Assembly: GCF_006345805.1 (NCBI RefSeq)
Contig: NC_043025.1
Location: 2,356,001-2,420,000 of the forward strand
Source: Octopus sinensis
Lineage: Eukaryota
Reading direction: 5' to 3'
DNA: 64,000 nucleotides
Below the pieces are notes generated by a model. It worked only from the letters and a program-made list of their open reading frames with translations, was not told the DNA's origin and searched no databases. Shown in pieces: positions 1-12,949 of this stretch. The first letter of the stretch is position 1, and every line of letters starts with the position of its first letter. The position numbers were made by a program, and so were the translations under genes.

Positions 1-1665
1 CACGAAGGGTGTGTTGTCAGAGCTAAGATGCGTGCTCTAAGGAACGAAGGTGTTAGAGCCGCGAGGGAAGCCCGTGTGGCAGAGGCGCAACAGGGCAACA
101 AAGCCACAATTCTTTCTCTAGTAGATGAACAGTGGCGCGAATTGCTCGAGCCTAGTAAAATGTGTGTGGACTTCCAACAGCATTTTGCCCGACTGTTCGG
201 GACGAGTGGCGGGTAAGAACGTATGGTGGACTTCAGTGCCAACCTACACAGCGTACCACGACTCTCGACAAGAGTGGCAGGGCGCAACGAAGGTGCCATC
301 ACAGCTGCGGAAGTGCAGGACGCGATGGCAGAATGCTCGAGGGACATGACTAGTTTGGAGACGTCTTGGCAGCGGAGTACTGCAACTGGCAGAAAAACGG
401 GAGCATTCCTGGTTTTGTGATCCGAGGAGACGTAGCACTGCTGAAGAAAGATCTAAACAAGGGGAATGTAATAGATAACTTTAGGCCCATCACTCTGCTT
501 AATGCAGACTTGAAAATCTTGGCCAAGGTGTTAACGAAGAGGTTGGCGCTTGTCATTGAGAAACTGGTCGACAAGGCGCAAACGTGCGCCGTGCCGGGCC
601 GGAGCATCCATGACGACCGCCACCTGATGCGCTACATCATAGACAGGGTAGTTAAGGAATCTGGCACGGGTGGGGCGCAGATCAATTTGGATCAATCGAA
701 AGCTTTCGATAGGGTAGACCATCGATACTTGGAGGCTGTCCTCAGAGCGGTTGGTTTCGCTCCCGTCTTCCGCAGCTGGATAGCTGCTTTGTACACAGGC
801 ATCCGTACGGTAATTCGCGTAAATGGACTTCTATAGAGACATTGCACGTTATGTCCGTCAGGGATGCCCCGTCTCGTCGCTTCTGAACGCATTGACTCTC
901 GAGCCATTATTACGGAAGCTGCCAACTATGAGGGTCATCCCACGAGAATTGGGATTCGTGACGAGCGTGTCTGCATACGCGGACGACGACACCGTCATAG
1001 TGTCTAGCCACGAGCACATCGAGCATGTCGGCAAGACACTGAAAGACGACGTAGCGGTGACAGGAGCGAAAATCAACCGGGAAAAATCAGTGGGCTTGCG
1101 ACTCGGCACCTAGAGAAGCAAGCCCATGCAGTCCACCAGCACCTCCGTCGTGGGACGCTGGACCGACGGTCCGGTCGAGTTTCTCAGGGTCTGGTTTGGT
1201 GCGGACCTCCAGTGGAGAAGAAATGGAGCGAGATATTGAGTAGGGTGGTCAGTGTCGCCAGGCAATGGGCCGAGAGGAAACTCTCCCTAAAAGGTCGGGC
1301 GGAGGTGGCGAACTCGTACATCACGTACGTCATCTACTACCGCCTGACCGTCGTACCTTGTCCCGCATTCTCTTTCGTTTCTTGTGGAAAGGATGCGTCC
1401 CGATGTAAAGCGATACATTTGCTGTCAACACCCGTTAAAATAAGGACTGGGCATGCCGTGGTTGATGATGCGCAGATACGCTCTGAGATTACGATATCTC
1501 AGGCTCTACGTAGACGACGGTGAACAGGTGTGGTCGCCGTTTGTGAGGCACGCTTTTCCGCAACTCGCCTCCATGACCGAACTGCAGTCGTGGATCAAAA
1601 AGGGGCCGAGAAAGGACGAATGGCACCGTGAGTTTCGCGTTACTGTCAAGCAACTATTCCGTCCC
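1..1665 (+). mobile_element. Degenerate fragment of a Tx1/L1-like LINE ORF2 (RT region), same family as the copy at 18952-24835
   Basis: Frameshifted ORFs with RT motifs FRPITLLNADLKILAK, LDQSKAFDRV, VRQGCP, AYADD. The nucleotide sequence is colinear with ~22135-23880. Confidence 0.93.
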
Positions 1666-2127
1666 TATCTATCTATTATTAACAATAACAGGGTAATAAA
1701 AAGCTTAGAAGTTTTACTACCAGTCGCCTAACGTGTAAAAAAATTGTCAATAGCCTATATATTAAATATATAAATGCAGCGTACATTTAAACACATAAGA
1801 CGTATTCGTCTTATGTTTTTAAACACATTTAAACATATCTAAACACATAAGAGTTATCACATAAGAGGCGTTGTTGGATTGCCTCATGCTTATATGTTTT
1901 AATCTAGGCGTACATGCTGATGAGGACTTCGCCTAGCAAATAATTTTATTTCCTACAAAAATGTATGAATCCGTTGTCTAGGAGATAGAGTTAAGTGTTT
2001 TATAATTTTCATTCCCTTCGATGATTATCCCTAATTGCGGTTTGGATTTTAGCTGTTCCTTCTGGCGTGCAGCAAATCCTATGACGGATACATCTTATGT
2101 GTTTAAATGTACACTGTATTTATATCT

Positions 2128-2146
2128 AACTATCTATCTATTTATC

Positions 2147-2177
<31 letters not shown>

Positions 2178-2179
2178 CC

Positions 2180-2273
<94 letters not shown>
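2128..2273. repeat. (TATC)n microsatellite
   Basis: Direct reading. Confidence 0.97.
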
Positions 2274-4052
2274 ACACATGTATATACATAGTTGAAGTTT
2301 ACAGAAAAACAAAAGACGAACACAGATATATGAAAAAGGTGTGTATTAGTTTGACACTCCGGAAAGTGTGAAAGGGCTTTACGTTTCGAGCCTACGATCT
2401 TCAAAAGTAAAGAAAATGAGGAAATCACAGAAGTTCAAAAAGGATTAAATGTTCTAGTGTATTGGAGGGATATTTCATTAACAGATGAGTCCCGTGAGAT
2501 CCATAAGTATATCCAGTGGCAATTGGGTAGAGTGCAGTTATGTAGAATCGGAGAGGTGCAGAAAAATCAGGCAGTAGTAAGTCCAATATGTAGGTATATA
2601 AAGCAGGATAAAACAGGTGCGACCACTTGAGCGTACAATACATTCATATATATATATATACATACATAAATGTATACGTATATCTATATAAGTGTATGTG
2701 TGTATAAAGTCAATGGCGTGTCTGCGTAATAAGAAGCTTGATTTCCAACCACATGGAGTAGGGGTCAGTGTTATTACATGCTGCCTTCACCAAGTGTCCA
2801 ATTCTATATACTCGTGTCATGAGTCGATTTTTTGTCAGAAACTGAAAGAGGCCTGTCTTATGTATATACATGGGTGTATGTGTGTGTGTGAGCTTTAATT
2901 ATTGTGGTTGTATTAGTCTCTGGAGATATTCCGTCCACGTAACTTAACAGTTCCTCAAAAGAAACCGATATAATAAGTAACAGACTTTCAAAATTTAAAT
3001 ACCGTGGAGAATATATTCGAATAAAATACTTTCTAGGAGGGTTGCTGATTAATGACTTGAATAATTGGAAGATAATATTCTCTCTATATATATGTATGTG
3101 TGAGTTTATGTGTGTGAGTGTGTATATATGATATATACTGGTATGGATGGGCATACGTATGCATGTCTCCCTTTTAGTAGAAGGAATAGCTATATCTCTT
3201 TGACTGCTATTTCTAAATTCGGTGTGTTGGTGAGGCAATTCGTTGCTAAACCCTTAATTGCTTAGTATATATATATATATATATATATATATAGGTGTGT
3301 TTACACACACATACATATATATATATATATAATTAAGGGATAGACCCTCCGTAAAGTAATCCAATTAATAATGAAAGATATTATCTATAATAAAATATAA
3401 ATATAATTATATTATTAATAATATACTAAAATATACTATACTAAATTATGCACATTAAATCGACGAGGCGCGTTTCGTAACCATATATTTAAATCGACAT
3501 AATCAAAATTGATAATCTGAAAACTGAATATTTCTTCGAACCAATGACACATATCTACTCTTCAGGTCTAAATAGCATAAAATAAATTTGCAACATAAGT
3601 GAAGACATCAAATTTAACCCCTTAATTCCATATATATATATATATATATATAAAACTGAAATGCGTTTTTACCGCTTGGATTGCTTTCAATGCCACTACA
3701 TCCCGTCCGATTCGCTCCAAAATTTACAGGGACATGTAGAATGAGGTGACGATGCTCGTGGGCTACCTTAGAAATCCCTAGCTTAAAAGGTGTGGTTGCT
3801 CGGGGCCATCTTCCTCACTCACGCTATTTCCTCCTTTCCCTCTCTTACTTCCCTTCATTAATAACTTTGAGAATGCCACTCCAGTTATTTAATGTATTCC
3901 CCTCAACTTCCTTTCACTTTCACTTTATAAGTTCGTCAGGCGGCTTTCTTTGATGTATCTGTTTGCATTCATAGGGATAATTATCATCGCTACCAACAAC
4001 ACACACTCATGAGAACAAATATTATGAATCAGATATTCTTGCGTTCATTTAT

Positions 4053-4400
4053 ATGTGTGTGTATGTGTTCTATATATAAATATGTTTATATAATGTATGT
4101 GTGTGTGTGTGTGTTCTATATATAAATATGTTTATATAATGTATGTGTGTGTGTGTGTGTTCTATATATAAATATGTTTATATAATGTATGTGTGTGTGT
4201 GTTCTATATATAAATATGTTTATATAATGTATGTGTGTGTGTTCTATATATAAATATGTATATATAATGTATGTGTGTGTGTTCTATATATAAATATGTA
4301 TATATAATGTATGTGTGTGCGTGTGTTCTATATATAAATATGTATAAATAATGTATGCGCGTGTGTGTGTTCTATATATAAATATGTATCTATAATGTAT
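4053..4400. repeat. Minisatellite, ~40-48 bp unit (GT)n-TCTATATATAAATATGTWTATATAATGTAT
   Basis: About 8 tandem copies visible. Confidence 0.93.
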
Positions 4401-4689
4401 ATATACAAAGCGTATATATATTTATTTATGTATATTAAACTTTTCATACTTTTTCATAGTTATATATATTTTTAAACAAATTATAAATATAATTTAATAA
4501 TTTTTATTTTCAATTTAAATAATTTATATTTTTCAATTTTATATTTTATATATTTTCTATATTATATATTTCTTTTAATGTTTTTGTTTTTGGTTTTTCA
4601 CTGTTTGATTTGCCTATTAGTTGTTTTATCCCTAATTTAATTTATACAGATATATATCTCATTTGTATACATTTGTAAATATAATGCGT

Positions 4690-4721
<32 letters not shown>

Positions 4722-5559
4722 CACACACACACACATATATATATATACACACATATATATATATAATGTGTGCATTACGTATTCGGTCGATTCAGCTGAA
4801 AATATGCACACCTATGTTAAAAGTGCTGGCAAGTTTGCATGACAACTATTTTTTTCCTCTAGGACAAAATTCCTCATCTTATAAAATGTGGCCCCAGTAG
4901 ACCCGAATGGAATCGGGTTATATGAACCAAAATGTGAAAAGGTGTCTAAATGGGGCTGGAAGGGGATTAAAATTTCAATAGCGGGTGTTTAGGAATTCTC
5001 TGTTACATCAAGCTAAAAAATTTGCGCCAGCCTTTTAATCGTCAATGTGTTGCCGTCCATGATAAAGAAGTTTTGAATGTTTGTCATGGTGAGTCTACTG
5101 TCGTGAGAAAGAATCACTTCAAAACTTGGTGTTTACGAATTTTCTGATACATCAAGTTCAAAATTTAACGCCAGCCGTTAAACTGTCACTACGTTGCTGT
5201 CCGTCGTTAAGAAATGCCAGTCATGGTGACTCTACTATCCTCACATTCTATCCCTTCAAACTTTGCTTTCCAATATTTTATTATTTTTATTCAGCTTGCA
5301 AGTTCGTCTGTCCCTTTTAAATATGAGCGTTTTGCTGTCTGCCTTCAAGCAGACCTTTCCGTTGACACTGCCTCATATTTCTGATTGATTTTCTAAATAT
5401 TTTATTTATAAACTTACTCAAGATCTTTCGTTGTTTATAAATGGGAGAGAGAAAGATAAAGATAGAGAGTAAGAGAAAGTGAGGGAGAGTCCGAGAGAAA
5501 AGAAAAGTAAGAGAGTGGGAAAGTGAGAGAGAAAGGAGAGAGAAACAAATACGGAGAAT

Positions 5560-5930
5560 CATCATCATTATCATCGTTTAACGTCCGTTTTCCGTGCTAG
5601 CACGGGTTGGACGGTGTGACCGGGGTCTGGGACGCCAGGAGGCTGCACCAGGCTCCAGTCTGATCTGGCAGTGTTTCTACTGGTGGATGACCTTCCTAAC
5701 GCCAACCACTCTGTGAGTGTAGTGGGTGCTTTTTTCGTGCCAGCGGCACTGGTGCCAGGGGGGCTCGCAGCGGCAACGATCGGTTGGTGCTTTTTACGTG
5801 CCACCGGCAGAGAAGCAAGTCAAGGCGGTTCTGCAATCGGCCACGTTCGGATTTTGCTTTTTACGTGCTGAAAGGAAGCAACAGAAAGTAACAACCACAC
5901 TCTTACCCGCGCATAGAGCGGGTCACCTTC
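5560..5930 (-). mobile_element. SINE-like or LINE-tail repeat ending in a (GAT)n tail
   Basis: GC-rich non-coding block beginning catcatcattatcatcgtttaacgtccgttttcc; resembles an abundant octopus interspersed repeat (recognised from memory). Confidence 0.55.
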
Positions 5931-5935
5931 AGCTA

Positions 5936-5996
<61 letters not shown>

Positions 5997-6471
5997 TATA
6001 ATTCTTATGCACATAGGTATACACACAATAACGCACAAAAATGCGCACTCATTCTTACATCCACGCACGCAGACATAATGGCACACACACAGACACACAT
6101 ATATATATATATATATATATATTAGGAACACGACACACATTCGGAACACAACACACACTTAGTGTGATCGATATACTTTCATAAAGTGTAGGAAGGTTTA
6201 TATGAGAAAAGGAAAGAAATAAGCAATTAGAGAGCGAACTTTTCTCCTGTCACAGAATTTGAAATTTGAAAATTATGTGGAAATTTTGAAATTTATTGAT
6301 TTATTCGAGAACAAGTTTAGAAAACACATAAGAGGTTCGAAGTTTTATCATTTTTACCCCATTGGAAAACAAGATATGGAAGCTAAGCTGTTTGTGTTTG
6401 AACACTTGTATCATAAAGTAGAAGTAGGAGATTTTAAACGAAATGAAAGCAATGATTGATTTTTAATTCAC

Positions 6472-6510
<39 letters not shown>

Positions 6511-6794
6511 ATCAAATAGTATGGCAAATATGATACGTGAAAGATATAGAGTGGGAGGTTGAGATCTCAAAGTTGGGTTATTTCACGTGGAGGGTTATGA
6601 TATTTATTATATTTTATGGACAATGTGTACCTTGGGAATCGGATTTCGGAAAGCAAATTTGTTTTACTCGAGGACGCAATGTTTCAGAGGCTCGCAGATC
6701 TGAAAACATATAAAAAACCACATACACCCGCATTTTTATAGTGTATATATAGCGTATGCATTTCTATATATGTGCATGTATGTATATATATATG

Positions 6795-6864
<70 letters not shown>

Positions 6865-7229
6865 CATGTATGTATGTATCTATGTATGTGTGTATATTTG
6901 TATGTATATATGTATGTATGTATGCATGTATGTATATACATATATATTATTATATTTTATATATATATATATGTATATATAGTAGAAATATGTTATATAT
7001 ATATATATATATATACATATATATTAGAAATATGTTACAACAAGAAAATAGAAAATACACGTCGAAATGTAAGGGGAAAATATGAAAAATCAACGAAAAT
7101 GCACATTGTAAATATAACAAAAAAAAATTTTTATGAAAGGTAATGACAGATATATACATTTAGATGGACTGAGGTAGTAATACGATTTATAAAAGTCATT
7201 ATTATGAGATATTTAAAGAGTCAGAATGC

Positions 7230-9330
7230 ATACCATGCTTTCGTCATAAGCTATTCATTGCTTTGAATGAACACCGGCTAATGAACGGCGTTAGGTCTAA
7301 TAGTGCCTGAATAAAAAGATTATTTGTAAGGGAGGTAAGTAGTTCTGGATTTTGTGCAGTAAGGTTAGATATAGAATTTGAATCTGAATTTTGTAAGGAA
7401 TGTGTAGTGGTTTATGGTGTTAATTGAAGGGAATATAGTGTTCTGTATTAAGTTGTGTGTTTATATTCAGTTGTGGAAGATACTTATTGATGAAAATTGC
7501 CTCTTTCTTCAACCTTTGTTGCATTGAGCTGTTCTGTGGACATTGATAGAAGTGGAAAATTTGGAAATTAGGATTAAGATTCCTAGCACACCTTTCTGTG
7601 TGTTCACTAAGCTGTAATTGACTGTATTGTGGGTAGCGAAATTGTTCCTTGTGTACGGTGCTTCTTCGACGGAGTGATATTCCTGTTTGTCCAATATAGT
7701 GGTTACCACATCCTAAGTAAGCCATGGCATAGATTAGATTTTCCGAGTGTCAGGTGAAATTTGATTTGATCTTAAATATTTCACCCTGTTTGAAGTGGAA
7801 TTCTGAACAATCCAAAACGTTGGGGCGTGTTCCACAGTTGAGACGACCACATTCTTTCACTTTGGCTCTGTTGTTAGTGGATATAGTCTTGCGTTGGTTA
7901 ATATTTTTCAGTGACGTCGGTTGCAGTTTGCTTTTTTAAATTTTGTGAGCTTAACAATTCATTCGTTGTTTTGTATCCTGTGAGGATGGGAAGATTTTGG
8001 GTAATAATGTTGAAGGCTTCCTTGTTTCTAGGGTTATGTGTGGAAATGTACGGGAATACTTTTAAGTCTGGTTTTATATTTCAGCTGGCTTGCCTTAATA
8101 TTTGTATATCTATTTCCTTAGCTCTTTTAATGCCATCATTTATTAATGAGATTGGGTAATGTATTTTAGTTAGTGTTGATCTAAGTTCAAGGAGTCTTTG
8201 TTCACGAATATATGTATCCGAAACATTGGTACAGATTCTTTTCGCTAGATTAAAAGTTGTATTAATTTTTATGTGTTTGGGGTGGCAAACAATAGGTATT
8301 GTTTAGAATCTGTGGGTTTATAAAACATGTCTGTTTCTATGTGGTTGTTAACTATTTTAATTTAGATGTCCAGAAAAGGGAGTTGTTTACTGTTGTGTTC
8401 CATAGTGAATTGTCTATTGCTATGTATGTTGTTAAGCATTACTTTCAAATCAAGGAGTTTGTCCATGCTGTCTTTCCTAAGTATGAAGCAATCATCCTAA
8501 TACCTCATCCAGTTCTCCTTTAAATAGCAATTAAAAGAGGCGCCAATAATTTTCTAGTGATGATTGGTATAACTTCAGTTGTAGGTAACCCATTTCAAGG
8601 TTTGAAATCACTGGAGCAGCTCTGGTTTCCATTGCAATTCCATATTTTTGTCGATAGTAAATTATAACGAACATGAAATAGTTGTTCAGCAAGATGAATT
8701 TGAGTGCTTCGATTATGATTCTGTGATTAATGTGTCCTGGGATCTCTTCTGGGTATTTTTCTAGCCAGAATGTGATTGCTTCTATACCATAGTCATGCGG
8801 GGTATTGGTGTACAGATTCACCACATCGAAAGATACCAGCAACGTTCCTTCCTTTACCGTCTTCGGGAAGTGGTTCGGCATGTCTAGGTCATCCCTGATA
8901 AAGCTTTTCACATATTTTTAAAAAAACGTTTTGAGTAAGATGTCGAGGAAGTTGCTCAAACGGTGGGTTTCACAAGGAGGGCCATCAATGATGGGTCTCA
9001 GTTTGAGGTCAGTAGAGGAAGGGACATTAATGCATAGGCTTGTAGAGACTTTGCAGGCTTCACAAATGTGTGGATTTTTATGTATTTTGGGTAATCCGTA
9101 GAAAAGACTAGGACCGTATTTAAAATTGGGTAAAAATTCTATTTCAATGTTAGTGAAACCCTTTCCATGAATTTGGAGTAAGGAGGGCAAGTTTTACAGT
9201 GTTTTCTGTGGGTTGTTATGTATTAATTTCTCATGGTAAGAATTATTTTCCAACATGGAAAGTATTACTTTTTGTAGTATTCTGTATTCATCACTACTAC
9301 CGCACTTCCGTTGTCGGCTTCTTTGGAATA
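7230..9330 (-). mobile_element. Penelope-like element, degenerate RT plus GIY-YIG endonuclease
   Basis: FYGLPKIHK and LRPII (8918-9190); LVSFDVVNLYTN and YYRQKYGIAM (8531-8911); HYIGQTG..LRRR GIY-YIG domain (7420-7725); multiple frameshifts. Confidence 0.92.
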
Positions 9331-9555
9331 CGTTGAATTTCGAATTTACGAGGCAAAATTATTGGTGTAGAGTTTAGCCAGCGTTCGTAGATTTCTGCCT
9401 TGTGGTTGTTTTTAATCGTATTCCAGAAAGAAAAGTTTCTGGCTTTAATTTTTTATTCCATATGTGGATAATGCGGTTTTTGATAGATAGTGTGGAGGGA
9501 TTGCTATCTTGTGTATCATCTATAGGAAGATTTACCAGTAGCACCCAAGACACAC

Positions 9556-9605
<50 letters not shown>

Positions 9606-9616
9606 GACACACAAAT

Positions 9617-9654
<38 letters not shown>

Positions 9655-9660
9655 TTTGTA

Positions 9661-10525
9661 CAGGGTACGGTAAATATAGTGTCATCTAAATTATGCAAAA
9701 ATGAAAATAAAACTGACATCCCATTTTAACAGGTATACTTACCAAAATAACAGAAAAAGCATCCTGAAAGTAAATGTATTCAATAAAATCGCTATTGGCT
9801 TCAACCACGTCTTCCGGTCCGGTTCGGAATCTCCTGCAACTCTTTTGGACGGTCACCTTGTTTAATTTGGTGAATACTGCCATAATTCTTGTATTCAGTT
9901 TATCTTTGATGTTACAAGGGGTTTTGCTGACCTCTCAGTCAACTGCACCCCACGCATAATAATCAAGGGTGTTCCAGTCTGGGGAGTTAGATGGCGTGAT
10001 TTTAGGGGTGATGTGGTCGCAGAATTTGTCTGACAGCCATGGCTGGGTTCTCCTGGTTGTATGGCATGGTACAGATTCCTGCTGCCAGAGATAGGATCTT
10101 CCATCAGCCACCCCTTTGCTCCAGGGAAGCACTACCTTCTCCAGGCACTTGATCGAGGCCAAGGTATTGAGTATGAAACCGTGAATGAAAGCATGTCACC
10201 ATCACTAGTGATCACTCCAAACACCATGATGTTGACTGGATGTTTGATTTTTATCAGTCTCAGTACAAGTCCTTGGATTGCACATTCCTCAGACTGACAC
10301 CCAAACACTCTGACATGTTCATATTAGATCTTTCGGCGCGAATGCCAAGCAGTACAGCATGTCGTTTCCAAAATTTCTGGCAGAGTAAATTACGCCATGG
10401 TGCTGTTTTTCTCACAGACGGTACCCAACTGATCATACTATAGTTAGTGGTCGACAAAGTCAAAAACAAAGAATGCGCATGCGCAAAATTAAAAATGTAC
10501 TGGTGACAATTTCGTATTGCAACCT

Positions 10526-10526
<1 letters not shown>
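9661..10526 (-). mobile_element. Tc1/mariner superfamily DD37D (maT-like) transposon remnant
   Basis: WQQESVPCHT...SPDWNTLDYYAWG with 37 residues between the second and third catalytic positions. Ends are TA-CAGG...CCTG-TA with loose inverted termini. Confidence 0.8.
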
Positions 10527-10560
<34 letters not shown>

Positions 10561-10694
10561 TACGATTAGGCGTTGGCATGAATGTGATATAGTATTTTCT
10601 ACTGTATTCAGTCCCACTGCGTGTACTCTGGCTTACAGCACAACAAACTCGTGTATATTTGTTCAAGGTAACTAAAAGAAACCCATCGTATACA

Positions 10695-11544
10695 TACAAA
10701 GTGGCATCGTAATGTTCCTGGATGAGTTATGTTTAATAACACTAACTTAAATTAACTTCATCTCCTTCGGTAAAGTCACCTTGTGCAGGAATACACCGGC
10801 AAGCTTTTCGAATACACCCGATCCAGCTTTCTTGACACTTTTGGTATCCGGCCTCTTGAGGACGTCTTGATCTCAACAACGGTGTTAAATTTCCTATTGA
10901 TCTCGATCAGTGAACCGTATTTTCATCTTGGGGAAGAGATGGAAGTCACCAGGTGCTGAATCTAGCAAAAAGGACATGCACAGAAGCGATAGCATGTTGC
11001 TTTTGGCAAGAAACCCACGAGTGTGGTGACAGAGTACATTGTCGTCGTGAAAAATCCAATAATTTGCGCACCACAAACCCAGTCAGTTTTCTCGAATGTC
11101 CTCCTTGAAAAGCTTTAAAATATTGCAGTTGATCGCTCCTTTGGACTTGGGGGTCGAATTCTCAATGCACAATGCTGACGATGTAGAAAAAATATTGAAA
11201 ATGCTCTTGATTAAGCTGTCATTCTCTCGTGCACCTGTGAACTTGAAATATTATGTACGACCCATTGTCTCATCGCTATAAGCTTGCCGATGCATGCTCC
11301 ATCTCTCTAAAGCAGACTTCCCAATTTTTACATATAATTTCATGTTGGTTCTTTCATCCATACCCGTCCTGTTCATACACGTCATCACAAAAATACAAAT
11401 TCCACATCGTGTGAAGTATACACATCGATGTTACTCAGCATACTGCTTCATGAAGGTCACTGCTCGTATCACCGTGCATGCAAATGTGTGCATCCAAGCG
11501 TGGGCGCGCTATAGAGTTTTTCCGTGAAATTTTGATACAACCGC

Positions 11545-11547
<3 letters not shown>
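10695..11547 (-). mobile_element. Degenerate mariner-type (DD34D-like) transposon
   Basis: WIFHDDN...FLAKSNM...DSAPGDFHLFPKMK, matching the mariner HHDNA / SPDLAP.DF.LFP motifs. Confidence 0.8.
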
Positions 11548-11588
<41 letters not shown>

Positions 11589-12058
11589 TAATTATCGCTA
11601 TACTAATATGGCAGTCTTATAAATATAAGACTAAAGCTGTCGCTGATTAGCTCCAAGAGGCCACCGCCTCTAGCTAGCTACTTGGCACACAAACTGCGTC
11701 CGTTATAAACCTTCGCACAGGGGAGGTCAGCCGCTTCATCCTGCTAGTCAGACAGCTGCAGACACGTTCCAGGGTTGTTGCCCTTTATCAATTACTGCTT
11801 GTAAATATATATATACACATATATATATTGTCGTTGATCGGGTAATTCTACTGTTTCTCAGGCCAAGAAATGGTTATGTCGGTGTCCAGGTCCACTATTT
11901 ATGGACAACCTATAATTCGGGATTGAGAAATTTGAAAATGAAATTCGTAAACAATCATAGATAACCACATACACTTGCATTTATACATACATATATGTAT
12001 TTGTATGTATATATATTGTGTGTGTGTGTGTGAGTGTGTGTACGTGTGTGCGTGTGTT

Positions 12059-12107
<49 letters not shown>

Positions 12108-12121
12108 GAATCAGATAAAAG

Positions 12122-12361
12122 TCCAAGGCTTTGAAAGATTTCAGAACATTTATAGAGAGGTCTTTCAGCTGCTCCAGGGATATTTTATATATTCTTTCAT
12201 CGAAGACGGTGTGAGAAAATGGTTAAGCAATAGTTATTCTAGAATACCTATTGCTTAACCATCTTCTCGCACCGTCTCCGATGAAGAGATACATAAATAT
12301 CCCGGAAACAGCTGTAACGTCTTCTCTTTAGAAATGTTCTTAAATCTTTCACAGCCTTGGA
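12122..12361. repeat. ~240-bp imperfect palindrome with a hammerhead-like motif (Penelope-terminus derived)
   Basis: Arms invert around tattct|agaata at 12240/12241. The right arm contains CCGATGA..GAAA-CAGCTG-TA. Confidence 0.8.
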
Positions 12362-12500
12362 TCTTTATTTCCTTCTGTTAATTTTATACATATCCATGTT
12401 AATATATGACCTACGTTGGACTCCTCATTTGCATGTCCATAGCACCTACTCAGCTTTGACTGACACATTTGGGTCTCCTTGACAACATTACCTCTCATAT

Positions 12501-12581
<81 letters not shown>

Positions 12582-12949
12582 ATGTATATAGTAGTAGTTG
12601 TAGTAACAGAATAGAGGGATTTCGATTATCCCCACTTGGTGAGTTGTCATGTATATAAGAAATAAAAAAAGAAAAAACGCACACATACATAGTTTTAATA
12701 TAATTTTTCATATAGTGACGGGTTTCGATATCGCTATTCATGATATTATATTTTACTTATTTGAATATATATTTTGTCTTAGAAAGAAAGTTTGTCCATG
12801 GTGTGTTTGATGAAATTCACGAGTGAATGACTTTACAAGTGGATAAATAAAGCGCGGTTATTGGTTGTCGTTATTCTTGTTATTGTTGTGGGTAAGAGAG
12901 ATAACGGTTCAGCTTTCGGTAATGGGTGCGGATTATATAGGAGTACAGA

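Noticed and set aside
1917-1945. CTGATGAG as a hammerhead core
   Set aside because: No properly placed GAAA or closing stems.
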